A stretch of DNA of 38,283 nucleotides from an uncultured Cytophagales bacterium (GCA_964350605.1 CAYGKP010000002.1:1-38283); one strand, 5' to 3'. Counted from the stretch's first letter, positions 24,672 through 34,773 are shown. Notes: a model not told the origin generated them from the letters alone. Made by a program: numbers and translations.

Positions 24672-24701
24672 TTGCTTTCTCAGGGGCCGCTATTAGATTT
24701 G
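24672..24701 (+). promoter_or_regulatory. Candidate Bacteroidota sigma-A promoter for the act operon (-33 TTG / -7 TAGATTTG)
   Basis: TTG at 24672-24674 and TAGATTTG at 24694-24701, which matches TAnnTTTG, are separated by 19 nt. The -7 box ends 19 nt before the actA ATG at 24721. Confidence 0.3.
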
Positions 24702-24720
24702 CAGCGTTTCCTCGGGCCAA

Positions 24721-26067
24721 ATGTCCGATCCTCTAGGAAAGCGAATGGATAACACGACACCCAGCAGACCCGCCTCGACACGTACTCTTCGCGGTTACGT
24801 CTGTCTCTTGATGCTCCTCCTCCTCGGCAGCCCTTCGGCTGTGCAGGCGCAGGACCCCCCCGCAGAACCTGCAGCCGCCCCGGCGACTGAAGAGGCACCC
24901 GCCGCTGGCGGCGATCAAGCCGCGGGCGAGAAACTCTTCAAACAATATTGCTCGTCTTGCCACAAGGTCTACGAGGACTACACAGGTCCTGCGTTGACAG
25001 GCGTTCGAAATCGTCACTCGTTCGAGTGGATTGTCAAATGGGTGCACGGCCCACAGGCGATGATCGATTCGGGCGACCCAGAGGCTGTCGCTCTCTACGA
25101 GAAGTGGAAGACTTCGGGCGTGATGAATGCCTTCCCGACGCTTTCGGAAGGCGACATCGAGAACATCCTCACCTACATCGACAATGCGCCGCAGCCACAG
25201 GAAGCTACAACTGTCACCACTGACGGCGTAGAGACCACAACCGATGCGGGTGCTAGCCAAGGCCTCACGCTGCTGCTTGCGGTTGTTCTGATCGTCCTGT
25301 TGCTGGTACTGCTGGTGCTGGTCTTCATGGCCGCCATTCTATACCGCAGCCTCAAGAAGCGTGACGACCTGGATGATGACGACAAGGAGTACGTCAGTCA
25401 GACGCACAAACTCCTGCCTGTCCTCAAGCACCCGGCTTTCATTGGCATTGTGGGTACGATTGTCCTGGTGGCTGGGTTCCTCTGGCTTTTGAAAGGTGTG
25501 CTTTACGAGATTGGTGTCCAACAGGGCTACCAGCCGACCCAGCCGATTGCCTTCAGTCACGTCATTCACGCGGGTGAGCATGAAATTGAGTGTGTCTACT
25601 GCCACACTTCGGTCTATGAGTCGAAGAATGCCAACGTGCCTTCGGTGAACATTTGCATGAACTGTCACTCGGCGATCAAAACCGAGTCGAAAGAGATTCA
25701 GAAAATCTGGGCCTACGCCGATTGGGATGCGGAAACGCGCACCATGGGGCCGAACGCGAAACCCATTGAATGGGTGCGGATTCACAATCTGCCCGATCTG
25801 GCCTACTTCAACCACTCGCAGCACACCCAAGTGGCGGGCGTCGAGTGCGAGACTTGTCACGGCCAGATCGCTGAGATGGAAGTGGTGTACCAGTACTCGC
25901 CCCTGACAATGGCCTGGTGCATCAACTGTCACCGCGAGACAGAAGTGAACACCAAAGACAACGCCTACTACGACCAGTTGGTCAAGTGGCATGAAGAAAA
26001 CCGCGGCGAAGAGAACCTAACTGTCGAGCAGATCGGCGGTCTGGAATGCTCGCGTTGCCACTACTAA
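24721..26067 (+). CDS. actA: Alternative complex III subunit ActA, multihaem cytochrome c (1 + 5 CxxCH)
   Basis: There are six CxxCH motifs. CSSCH lies in an N-terminal class-I-like cytochrome c domain. After a hydrophobic helix come CVYCH, CMNCH, CETCH, CINCH and CSRCH. The gene sits at the head of an actB-F cluster. Confidence 0.88.
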   Translation: MSDPLGKRMDNTTPSRPASTRTLRGYVCLLMLLLLGSPSAVQAQDPPAEPAAAPATEEAPAAGGDQAAGEKLFKQYCSSCHKVYEDYTGPALTGVRNRHSFEWIVKWVHGPQAMIDSGDPEAVALYEKWKTSGVMNAFPTLSEGDIENILTYIDNAPQPQEATTVTTDGVETTTDAGASQGLTLLLAVVLIVLLLVLLVLVFMAAILYRSLKKRDDLDDDDKEYVSQTHKLLPVLKHPAFIGIVGTIVLVAGFLWLLKGVLYEIGVQQGYQPTQPIAFSHVIHAGEHEIECVYCHTSVYESKNANVPSVNICMNCHSAIKTESKEIQKIWAYADWDAETRTMGPNAKPIEWVRIHNLPDLAYFNHSQHTQVAGVECETCHGQIAEMEVVYQYSPLTMAWCINCHRETEVNTKDNAYYDQLVKWHEENRGEENLTVEQIGGLECSRCHY

Positions 26068-26090
26068 ATCGGAGACTCGTGAGCGATCAG

Positions 26091-29000
26091 ATGGACAGCA
26101 AACGCTACTGGAAAGGCCTCGATGAACTCATGGCTACCCCTGAGTTCGAGACTCAGAAGGACCAGGAATTCCCCTCCTCGGTGCGCGAAGGCATGGCCGA
26201 CGAGGAAAAGTCGGGCACCACTCGCCGTGACTTTCTCAAACTGATGGGTTTCAGCGTGGCAGCGGTTTCGCTGGCCGCCTGTGAGACGCCCGTCAAGAAG
26301 GTCATCCCCTACGTTAACAAGCCTGAGGACATTCAGCCGGGCATCCCCAACTACTACGCCTCGACCGTGGTGCGTGGGGGAGACTACTGCAGCGTATTGG
26401 TCAAAACCCGCGAGGGTCGCCCAATCAAGATCGAGGGAAACCCCAACTCGTCGGTTTCGATGGGGGGAACGAGTGCTCGTGTGCAGGCCTCGGTGCTGGA
26501 CCTGTATGATGGCTCGCGCCTGCAACGCTTCAAGAAGAAGGATGGCGTTGCGTTCATGGATATTGAGCTTGCCGAAGCCGATCAGCAAATCCGCAAAGCA
26601 CTCCAGAAAATCAAATCGGAGGGAGGCCGCGTCGCGCTTGTGACCGGACCGGTGCTCAGCCCAAACTTCCGTCGCTTAATTGCGCAGTTCCAAGCCAACT
26701 TCCCTGTCGATCACGTGGTCTACGAGGCCATGCCACAGAGCGGCTTGATCGAAGCCTACGGCGGCATCCTGCCCGATCACGATTTCGAGAAGGCGAAGGT
26801 AGTTGTGTCGTTCGACGCAGACTTCCTCGGTACATGGGTCAACCCAGTCCAGTTCTCGGCGCAGTACGCGAAGAATCGCAAGATCAAAGAGGGCAAGAAT
26901 GCCGTGAAGACTATGTCGCGCCACTACCAAGTGGAAGCGAACTTGAGCCTCACGGGAGCGAATGCAGATTACCGCTACCCCGTCAAGCCGACAGTGTTGC
27001 CCTACTATGTGATGTCACTCTACAACGCGGTCGCCGCCAAAACGGGTGCCTCGAAAGTGAGCCTGGGCGGCAACAAGTTGGGTGCCAAAGGCCAAGCGCG
27101 TATCGAGAAGATGGCCGCCGAACTGGTCGCCTCGAAAGGCAAAAGCCTGGTGGTCTGCGGTTGGAACGACATGTACGTTCAGGCCTTCGTGAAGGAGACT
27201 AACCGTCTGCTCGGCAACCTTGGCAAGACCGTGAAGCCGCAGGTTGCTGTGGGCACACGCCAAGCCGTCGACAAGAAAATGACCGCCTTCTTCGAGAAAG
27301 CGGTGGCTGGCAAGTACCAAGGCATTGTGCTTGGTGCCGATGTGAACCCAGTTTACACCCATCCGATGGGCGACAAGTTGGCTGCGGCCATGGGCAAAGC
27401 CAGCCTGAGCGTTTCGTTCAGCGATCGAATTGACGAGAGTGCTGATGCCTGTACCTACATCTGTCCCGGACTTCACGGATTGGAATCCTGGGGCGATGCT
27501 GAGCCGAAGACAGGCCACTACAGCCTGATCCAGCCGACCATTCAGCCGATCTTCAAAGGCAACCGTGCGGTTGAGGAGACCCTGCTTGCCTGGACTGGTT
27601 CCAACAAATCGGCCTACGACTTCCTGCGCGATACCTGGCGCACCCGCATTTTCCCGGCCAGTGGCCAAGTTTCGTTCGAAGCCTTTTGGGCCAAGAGCCT
27701 GCACGATGGGGTGTTCGAACCGAAGTTTGTCTTGGGTGCTGCACCGAAGGCCAAAGACCCCGAGCCAATTTCAGACAGCACGAATGTTGTCGTTCCTGCG
27801 CCCGTGATGGCCGTGGCCGACACGATGGGCGTTGCCGATGAGGTGGAAATGCTTGCTGCGTTGCCAACTGCAGTGCCTGAAGCCGAGAAGACCGAGGGTG
27901 ATTTCAGCATCTCGCTCACCAAATCCGCCGCACAAATCTCCACCAACTACGTGCCTTCCGAGGCAAATGAATTGGTGCTTTACGAGAAGGTCGCGATTGG
28001 TGATGGTGCCTACGCCAACAACCCCTGGTTGCAAGAGCTTCCCGATCCGATTTCGAAAGCTACTTGGGATAACTACTTGACTGTCAGCCTTTCCGACGCG
28101 AAGTCGATGGACTTGAAGGACGGACAGATCGTGGAATTGCTCGTGAAGGGCAAGACTAAGATGAAGGTGCCTGTATTGGTTCAGCCTGGTCAAGCACCCG
28201 GTTCGATGGGTCTAGCAGTTGGTTACGGCCGCGAGAAAGCCGGGAACCTGAAGCTCGGCGCAACCTCATACAAACTTTGGGAGATGAACGTCCAGGGCCG
28301 CGTGGCCATTGGCGTGAATGCCTACCCGTTGACCTCGATGATCGGTGGTCAGCGCAGCACGGTGACTCTTGGTTTTGATGTTACGGCCACGCCGGACTTC
28401 ACCAAGTTCGCGCGCACTCAAACGCAACAAACCGTCATGGGCCGCGCCAACATTCAGGAGGCGAAGCTCAGCGAGTACAAGAAAGATGCTGGCGCAGGTC
28501 GCTATCACCCGAAAATCGCCACCTCGAAAGGGAAGGTGAAGCCGGGCGAGGTCGACCTGTGGGCACCACAGACAAAGGACACACACGTCCACTACAACCA
28601 CCACTGGGGCTTGGTCATCGACCTGAACTCGTGCACGGGTTGCGGAACGTGTACCATCAGCTGCCAAGCGGAGAACAACATTCCGGTTGTCGGGAAGGAC
28701 GAGGTACTTCGTTCGCGAGACATGCAGTGGATGCGCATCGACCGTTACTACTCTTCGGGCATCGAGGAGGAAGCCGGCGAGGCGGGTCTCTTGAATAAGA
28801 AAACCGGCAAGCCACTAACGGCTGAGAAGTACGCCGAGAAACAAGGCATCGGCCAGTTCAGCTACCTGTCGGAAATGGAGCAACCTGCGGAGAACCCGAA
28901 GGTGACCTTCCAGCCGATGATGTGCCAGCACTGCAACCACGCACCTTGCGAAACGGTTTGCCCGGTTCTGGCCACAACGCACAGTACCGAGGGTCTCAAC

Positions 29001-29474
29001 CAGATGACCTACAACCGTTGCATCGGTACCCGTTACTGCGCGAACAACTGCCCCTACAAAGTGCGCCGCTTCAACTGGTTCAGCTACCCTGGCAACCAGA
29101 ACGAAGACCGCGAGTTCGGCACCGTCAACTACGCGATGAGCCACCCGCTCACTCGCATGGTGCTCAACCCGGACGTAACGGTCCGTGCCCGTGGGGTGAT
29201 GGAGAAATGCTCGATGTGCGTACAGCGCATTCAGTACGGCAAACTTCAAGCGAAAATCGACGGTCGTCGTCCGAAGGATGGCGAAATCAAGACCGCGTGC
29301 CAGAGCGCCTGCCCAACTTCGGCCATCCTCTTCGGAGACATGAACGACAAGGAGTCGGCCATCAGCAAGGCTCTTGCCGAAGAGCAAGAGAAACGCGCGT
29401 ACCACGTCCTCGAAGAGATCAACGTGGCACCGAACGTGAACTACCTCACCAAGATCCGCAACCTAGACGCATAA
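26091..29474 (+). CDS. actB: Alternative complex III subunit ActB (molybdopterin-like domain fused to 4Fe-4S ferredoxin domain)
   Basis: The ATG at 26091 gives MDSKRYWKGLDEL. The Tat motif is TTRRDFLKLMGFSVAAVSLAAC. C-terminal Fe-S motifs are CTGCGTCTISC, CQHCNHAPCETVCP, CIGTRYCANNCP and CSMCVQR...CQSACP. A GTG at 26079 or the track ATG at 26046 are alternative starts. Confidence 0.92.
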   Translation: MDSKRYWKGLDELMATPEFETQKDQEFPSSVREGMADEEKSGTTRRDFLKLMGFSVAAVSLAACETPVKKVIPYVNKPEDIQPGIPNYYASTVVRGGDYCSVLVKTREGRPIKIEGNPNSSVSMGGTSARVQASVLDLYDGSRLQRFKKKDGVAFMDIELAEADQQIRKALQKIKSEGGRVALVTGPVLSPNFRRLIAQFQANFPVDHVVYEAMPQSGLIEAYGGILPDHDFEKAKVVVSFDADFLGTWVNPVQFSAQYAKNRKIKEGKNAVKTMSRHYQVEANLSLTGANADYRYPVKPTVLPYYVMSLYNAVAAKTGASKVSLGGNKLGAKGQARIEKMAAELVASKGKSLVVCGWNDMYVQAFVKETNRLLGNLGKTVKPQVAVGTRQAVDKKMTAFFEKAVAGKYQGIVLGADVNPVYTHPMGDKLAAAMGKASLSVSFSDRIDESADACTYICPGLHGLESWGDAEPKTGHYSLIQPTIQPIFKGNRAVEETLLAWTGSNKSAYDFLRDTWRTRIFPASGQVSFEAFWAKSLHDGVFEPKFVLGAAPKAKDPEPISDSTNVVVPAPVMAVADTMGVADEVEMLAALPTAVPEAEKTEGDFSISLTKSAAQISTNYVPSEANELVLYEKVAIGDGAYANNPWLQELPDPISKATWDNYLTVSLSDAKSMDLKDGQIVELLVKGKTKMKVPVLVQPGQAPGSMGLAVGYGREKAGNLKLGATSYKLWEMNVQGRVAIGVNAYPLTSMIGGQRSTVTLGFDVTATPDFTKFARTQTQQTVMGRANIQEAKLSEYKKDAGAGRYHPKIATSKGKVKPGEVDLWAPQTKDTHVHYNHHWGLVIDLNSCTGCGTCTISCQAENNIPVVGKDEVLRSRDMQWMRIDRYYSSGIEEEAGEAGLLNKKTGKPLTAEKYAEKQGIGQFSYLSEMEQPAENPKVTFQPMMCQHCNHAPCETVCPVLATTHSTEGLNQMTYNRCIGTRYCANNCPYKVRRFNWFSYPGNQNEDREFGTVNYAMSHPLTRMVLNPDVTVRARGVMEKCSMCVQRIQYGKLQAKIDGRRPKDGEIKTACQSACPTSAILFGDMNDKESAISKALAEEQEKRAYHVLEEINVAPNVNYLTKIRNLDA

Positions 29475-29477
29475 GAC

Positions 29478-30839
29478 ATGGAGGTCGTTTCGACAGTACG
29501 CCCGCCACTGATCACCGGTGGAAAAACGGTTAAGGATGTAACCGATGATGTGGCACGCCATGTGGAGGCGGTGCCTTCGATGCGCTGGCTGCTGGCCTTT
29601 GGTGGCTCGGTGGCTTTGCTGGCCTTCGGTGGTTACTCGGTCTACCGTACCCTGTTCTTCGGGATCGGGGAGTGGGGCCTGAACAAAACAGTCGGTTGGG
29701 CCTGGGACATCACCAACTTCGTGTGGTGGGTCGGTATTGGTCACGCGGGTACGCTGATCTCAGCGGTCTTGCTGCTGTTCCGTCAGAAGTGGCGCATGGG
29801 CATCAACCGCGCGGCAGAGGCGATGACGATCTTCGCGGTCATCTGTGCACTTCTATTCCCTGTTATGCACATGGGCCGTCCTTGGCTCGGTGCCTATTGG
29901 GCACTTCCATTCCCCAACACCTTCGGGGAACTGTGGGTGAACTTTAACTCGCCCCTGCTCTGGGACGTATTTGCGATCTCGACCTATTTTCTGGTCTCGT
30001 TGGTCTTCTGGTACGTGGGGCTGATTCCTGACTTTGCAACCATCCGCGACCGTGCGACCCACAAGCTGGGTCGTGGGTTCTACGGCGCACTCAGCTTCGG
30101 TTGGGACGGCGCAGCTCGCACTTGGCAGCGTTACGAAGCTGTTTCGAAAGTCCTAGCGGGTGTCGCTACGCCGCTGGTACTCTCGGTACACACCATTGTA
30201 TCGTTTGACTTTGCGACCTCGGTGATTCCCGGTTGGCACACCACCATCTTCCCGCCCTACTTTGTTGCTGGTGCGATCTTCTCTGGGTTTGCCATGGTGC
30301 ACACCCTGATGCTGATCACCCGCCACATCTTCAAGCTGAAGGATTACATCACGATGGCGCACATCCAGTCGATGAACAAGGTCATCATGGCCACGGGTTC
30401 GATCGTTGGTATCGCGTACATCACCGAGTTCTTCATCGCCTGGTATTCTGGGGTAGAATACGAACGCTATGCCTTCATCAACCGCATGTCAGGTCCCTAT
30501 TGGTGGGCCTACTGGTCGATGATGACTTGCAACGTGATCAGCCCGCAACTGTTCTGGATCAAGAAGATTCGTTCTTCAATCACTGCGACCTTCATCCTCT
30601 CGATTGTGGTGAACATCGGCATGTGGTTCGAGCGCTTCGTGATCATCGTCACTTCGCTGCACCGCGATTACATCCCCTCCAGCTGGGCCATGTTCTCGCC
30701 AACGGCCATTGACATTGGGGTGTATGTCTTCACCTTCGGGTTGTTCTTTACCCTCTTCTTCCTGTTTGCCAAGTTCTTCCCTGTGGTGAACATGGCGGAG
30801 GTCAAAAGCATCGTGAAATCGTCTTCGGAGAAACGCTAG
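29478..30839 (+). CDS. actC: Alternative complex III subunit ActC (NrfD/PsrC-like quinol-binding membrane subunit)
   Basis: Polytopic membrane protein containing 'WDITNFVWWVGIGHAGTLISA'. It starts 3 nt after actB. Confidence 0.92.
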   Translation: MEVVSTVRPPLITGGKTVKDVTDDVARHVEAVPSMRWLLAFGGSVALLAFGGYSVYRTLFFGIGEWGLNKTVGWAWDITNFVWWVGIGHAGTLISAVLLLFRQKWRMGINRAAEAMTIFAVICALLFPVMHMGRPWLGAYWALPFPNTFGELWVNFNSPLLWDVFAISTYFLVSLVFWYVGLIPDFATIRDRATHKLGRGFYGALSFGWDGAARTWQRYEAVSKVLAGVATPLVLSVHTIVSFDFATSVIPGWHTTIFPPYFVAGAIFSGFAMVHTLMLITRHIFKLKDYITMAHIQSMNKVIMATGSIVGIAYITEFFIAWYSGVEYERYAFINRMSGPYWWAYWSMMTCNVISPQLFWIKKIRSSITATFILSIVVNIGMWFERFVIIVTSLHRDYIPSSWAMFSPTAIDIGVYVFTFGLFFTLFFLFAKFFPVVNMAEVKSIVKSSSEKR

Positions 30840-30840
30840 T

Positions 30841-31371
30841 ATGGAAGCCGGAAAAAACTATCTGCTTGGGGTCTTCGGTGACGAAGAAGTGCTGCTTAGC
30901 GCAGTGAAAGGTGTCCGTGGCAAAGGCGTGAAAATTCATGAGTGCTACTCGCCATTTCCTGTCCATGGGCTGGAAGACGTGTTGGGCTACAAGCGTTCGC
31001 GCTTGCCGATCGTGGCTTTCTTGTTCGCCATGGCAGGCATGTCGATTGCCCTGGCAACTCAGACTTGGATGTACACCATGGACTGGAAGATGATCGTGGG
31101 TGGCAAGCCCTACTTCCCAGTGCCTGACTTTGTGCCCATCACCTTCGAATTCGCAGTTCTGTTGACGGCGTTCGGCATGGTGGGCACCTTCTTCATCATC
31201 TCGGATTTGAAGCCGCACGCGAAGCCTCGGATCTTCGACAAGCGTTCGACCGACGACAAACACATAATGGCCATCGACCTGGACCTCAACGAGACCAGCG
31301 AGGCTGAAATCGAAGCCATCTTGAAAGAGGTTGGTGCCGAAGAGGTAAACAAGAAAGTCTTTGAGAACTAG
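30841..31371 (+). CDS. actD: Alternative complex III subunit ActD
   Basis: 176 aa with 'LLGVFGDEEVLLSAVKGVRGKGVKIHECYSPFPVHGLEDVLG' followed by two TM helices. It lies in the conserved position after actC. Confidence 0.85.
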   Translation: MEAGKNYLLGVFGDEEVLLSAVKGVRGKGVKIHECYSPFPVHGLEDVLGYKRSRLPIVAFLFAMAGMSIALATQTWMYTMDWKMIVGGKPYFPVPDFVPITFEFAVLLTAFGMVGTFFIISDLKPHAKPRIFDKRSTDDKHIMAIDLDLNETSEAEIEAILKEVGAEEVNKKVFEN

Positions 31372-31375
31372 TCGG

Positions 31376-32128
31376 ATGAGCGCACAGATGACAGATCGCA
31401 GGAGAAACCGCCCGGGACTTACCGTCCTTCTGGCTGTGGCAACGATGGGGCTCCTCAGCTCGTGCTACGACTACACGCAGCGCGCCGACGAGGAGTCGAC
31501 GACCAAAAGCACGGGTGTGGAGTACGCGCCCCAGATGTATCACTCGATTCCCTACGAGCCGTTGACCCAAGTCACCGATACGATGGCTGGTTCTTCGTAC
31601 TGGAAAGGGGAGATCGAGACGCCGTTTGGCCGTCGTGGTGAGTTTTACAACACCATTCCGTACAACGAGTACGGGATGAACTTCCGCACGCCGGTTGCGG
31701 GAACGATCCCGACCGGTCGCAAGGGCTTCTACTACGACGATGTGGTGGCTCGCAGCTTGGCGCCGGATGCGTACGGCGCGGCTGATAGCTTGCTGAAAAA
31801 CCCCTTCGAGTTGAAGTACGAGTTGGCCGAGGATTCCTCGAAAGTGATGACCGCCGAAAGCGAAGCGTGGCTCGCGAAGGGCAAACTCTACTACAGCCGC
31901 TACTGCACCCATTGCCACGGCGAAAAAGGTGAGGGCAACGGTCTTGTGGGTGAAAAATTCGGTGGTGTGACCAATTACGCAGCCATTTATGGAAAAGGCG
32001 ATGGGCACATTTACCACGTCATCACGCACGGGAAAAATCGCATGATGGCGCATGCCTCGCAGGTTTCACCCGAGCAGCGTTGGTTGATTGCCAACTACGT
32101 ACAAAAGCTTTCCGCCGACCTCCAATAA
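31376..32128 (+). CDS. actE: Alternative complex III subunit ActE, monohaem lipoprotein cytochrome c
   Basis: There is a lipobox (MGLLSSC) and a single CTHCH with a downstream Met ('GKNRMMAHA'). The ATG at 31376 avoids overlap with actD; the track start at 31361 is an alternative. Confidence 0.85.
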   Translation: MSAQMTDRRRNRPGLTVLLAVATMGLLSSCYDYTQRADEESTTKSTGVEYAPQMYHSIPYEPLTQVTDTMAGSSYWKGEIETPFGRRGEFYNTIPYNEYGMNFRTPVAGTIPTGRKGFYYDDVVARSLAPDAYGAADSLLKNPFELKYELAEDSSKVMTAESEAWLAKGKLYYSRYCTHCHGEKGEGNGLVGEKFGGVTNYAAIYGKGDGHIYHVITHGKNRMMAHASQVSPEQRWLIANYVQKLSADLQ

Positions 32129-32134
32129 GCAACC

Positions 32135-33589
32135 ATGGCAGCAGGGGTACATTTCGAAAACGAACAATACGTCTTTGGCACGAGTGCCAAACGCGGGATT
32201 GTCAAATACTTGATCATTGGTGCGGTGCTGATGGCTGTGGGCATTTTTGGCTTGAGCCAAGGGTGGTTTGCCAAGAAGGACGCCCACCACGGCGAAGGGC
32301 ATGCGGCCGCTACTGAGGCAACCTTGTTGGCGGATGCCGAGCCAGTGCACGAGGCACACGGCGAAGCGCCAGCTGCCACTGAAACCCACACCGATGCGCA
32401 TGCCGCCGAAGCCGCTCATGGTGAGGAGGCTCACGCGGAAGGCCACGGAGAGGGGCACGGTTACCACTGGAGCAAGCGCGTCTTCGCGAACATCTGGCAT
32501 AACAACGTATTCTTCGTCGGCATGGCGCTGATCGCAATCTTCTTTTTCGCGGTCAACTATGTGGCATGGGCAGGTTGGCACGTGGTGCTCAACCGGGTAT
32601 TGCAAGCGATGGGCCACGCCCTGTTGCCGTTTGGCATCATCCTGGTCGCTTCCTACTTCTTGGTCAACCACGACATCTTCCACTGGACGCATGCTTCGCT
32701 ATACGACGAGGCGAGCCCCGACTACGACTACCTGATTGCGGGCAAGGCGTGGTACCTGGGAACACCTGCGGATGGGCACATCTTCTTCATCGCGCGCATG
32801 GTGTCCTACTTCGTGCTGTGGATTGGGATGTTCTACTTACTCAAGAAGCTCTCGTTGAAAGAGGACATCGAAGGTGGCGAGAAGCACTTCCGCAAGATGA
32901 TGCGCTACTCGGCGATCTTCTTGGTGATTTTCGCGGTGACCAGCTCGACTTCGGCTTGGGACTGGATCATGTCGATCGACACCCACTGGTTCTCGACCAT
33001 GTTTGGGTGGTATGTCTTCGCGAGCTGGTTTGTGACGGGCCTGGCGGCACTCACCTTGTTTGTTATCAAGCTGAAAGAGGCGGGCTACCTCAAGCACGTC
33101 AATGCGAATCATCTCCACGATTTGGGCAAGTTCCTGTTCGCCTTCTCGATTTTCTGGACTTACATCTGGTTCTCGCAGTTCATCCTGATTTGGTACGCGA
33201 ACATCCCCGAGGAATCGGTTTGGTTCGTCGAGCGCCTTTTGAACAACGGCGGGGTGTACGCGCCGATCTTTGTCATCAATCTGCTGATCAACTTCGCCTT
33301 CCCATTCTTCTTTATCATGGGTCCGGATTCGAAACGTTCGCAGACCCTATTGAAAGTTGCAGCGGTCGGACTTCTGATCGGTCACTGGCTCGACTTCTAC
33401 CTCATGGTACGCCCAGGTGTCCTGATGGACAACGGCGGTCTTGATCTCGGTTCGCTCTTTTTGGAGCTGGGCATGTTCATCGTCTACGGTTCGATTTTTG
33501 TCGCCGTCACACTCTGGGCACTGGCCAAAGCCCCTCTGTATCAAAAAAATCACCCAATGTTGCCCGAAAGTCTCAACCACCACTACTAG
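32135..33589 (+). CDS. actF: Alternative complex III subunit ActF (second NrfD-like membrane subunit)
   Basis: Polytopic 484-aa membrane protein in the actF position. It has a His/Ala/Glu-rich loop after the first TM helix. Confidence 0.85.
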   Translation: MAAGVHFENEQYVFGTSAKRGIVKYLIIGAVLMAVGIFGLSQGWFAKKDAHHGEGHAAATEATLLADAEPVHEAHGEAPAATETHTDAHAAEAAHGEEAHAEGHGEGHGYHWSKRVFANIWHNNVFFVGMALIAIFFFAVNYVAWAGWHVVLNRVLQAMGHALLPFGIILVASYFLVNHDIFHWTHASLYDEASPDYDYLIAGKAWYLGTPADGHIFFIARMVSYFVLWIGMFYLLKKLSLKEDIEGGEKHFRKMMRYSAIFLVIFAVTSSTSAWDWIMSIDTHWFSTMFGWYVFASWFVTGLAALTLFVIKLKEAGYLKHVNANHLHDLGKFLFAFSIFWTYIWFSQFILIWYANIPEESVWFVERLLNNGGVYAPIFVINLLINFAFPFFFIMGPDSKRSQTLLKVAAVGLLIGHWLDFYLMVRPGVLMDNGGLDLGSLFLELGMFIVYGSIFVAVTLWALAKAPLYQKNHPMLPESLNHHY

Positions 33590-33635
33590 TCGGTGGTTAA
33601 GAATAGCAACTGAACATCAATCGTTTCATTAAGTC

Positions 33636-34745
33636 ATGGTCAACACGCTCGTCATTGTAGCCGTCCTGCTTTTGGGGCTGACCTTTGTTCTCTTGTTCCG
33701 TGTCCAGTCGCTCATGGCTGTGCTTCGCGGAACCGACAAGGACCCCGCCGGCGGCAATGGGCTCAATAAACTGAATGCCTTCTTGTGCTTGGCGTTCATC
33801 GTAGCTGGCACGCTGGCGTTCCTTTACTATACTTACGCACTTGATTACACCTTGCCAGTCGCAAGTGAGCATGGAGTGAAGACCGATAAGTTGTTCAACA
33901 ACACCATGGTCATCATTAGTGTGGCTTGCATCCTGACAAACATCCTGCTGATGTACTTTGCCTGGCGTTACCAGCGTCGCAAAGGGCAGAAGGCCCGCTT
34001 CTTCCCGGAGAACCAACGCCTTGAGACGGCTTGGACCATTGTTCCGGCCATCGTATTGACCTTCCTGGTCGTTTCGGGTTGGAAAGTTTGGACTGGGATT
34101 ACTGATCCAGATCAAGCCTACGACGTGAAGTTGGAGGTCATGGGTAAGCAATTTGCGTGGCAGGTCCGCTACCCGGGTGCCGACCAAGAGCTTGGCGAAC
34201 ATGATTTCCGCCTTATTGGTGGGACAAATGAGTTTGGCTTGGACGTTAACAACGAAGCGTCTTGGGACGACTTCATGCCGCCAGAGATTCACTTGCCTGT
34301 TGGAAAAACCGTCTTGTTCCAGATACGTGCACGTGATGTGTTGCACAGTGTCTACGCACCGCACTTCCGTGTGAAGATGGATGCGGTGCCTGGAATGCCC
34401 ACCAAGTTCTTCTTCAAGCCGACAGTAACGACTGCCGAGATGCGCGAGCAATTGGGCAACGAAGAGTTCAACTACGAGTTGGCATGTGCGGAAATTTGTG
34501 GCCGTGGTCACAACTCCATGCGCCTGATCATTGTTGTGGAAAGCGAAGAGGAGTACAACGAGTGGTATGCGTCGCAGGATGCAGCCAGTTTTGCCAAGAT
34601 CTCCCGCAGCTTAGCCGAAGAGACTTTGGACCCCGAAAAACTCGAACGCTTCCTCAAACGCTATCCGCAGGGCGGCACGACCGAACCTGCAGCAGCACCA
34701 ACCGATACGACGGCATCGCCAGAAGTGGCGCTGCTGGTCAAGTAA
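33636..34745 (+). CDS. coxB: Cytochrome c oxidase subunit II (CuA; no fused haem-c domain)
   Basis: CuA ligand motifs are 'HSVYAPHF' and 'CAEICGRGHNSM'. There are N-terminal TM helices and no CxxCH. Confidence 0.92.
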   Translation: MVNTLVIVAVLLLGLTFVLLFRVQSLMAVLRGTDKDPAGGNGLNKLNAFLCLAFIVAGTLAFLYYTYALDYTLPVASEHGVKTDKLFNNTMVIISVACILTNILLMYFAWRYQRRKGQKARFFPENQRLETAWTIVPAIVLTFLVVSGWKVWTGITDPDQAYDVKLEVMGKQFAWQVRYPGADQELGEHDFRLIGGTNEFGLDVNNEASWDDFMPPEIHLPVGKTVLFQIRARDVLHSVYAPHFRVKMDAVPGMPTKFFFKPTVTTAEMREQLGNEEFNYELACAEICGRGHNSMRLIIVVESEEEYNEWYASQDAASFAKISRSLAEETLDPEKLERFLKRYPQGGTTEPAAAPTDTTASPEVALLVK

Positions 34746-34773
34746 TTAGGCTACCACATAACGCATTCGCCTG

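Noticed and set aside
31286-32053. 255-aa minus-strand ORF opposite actE, plus alternative-frame + strand ORFs at 32566-33444 and 36356-37249
   Set aside because: All lie within confidently assigned act, cox or ctaA genes. Their translations are Arg/Gly/Pro-rich frame artefacts.
33575-33598. 7-bp inverted repeat (aaccacc...ggtggtt) spanning the actF stop codon
   Set aside because: The stem is short and the loop is 10 nt. This is within chance expectation for this GC content, and no supporting U-tract follows.
33597-34511. 304-aa minus-strand ORF overlapping coxB
   Set aside because: It is a shadow ORF opposite a gene with clear CuA motifs, and it has no signal or motif of its own.
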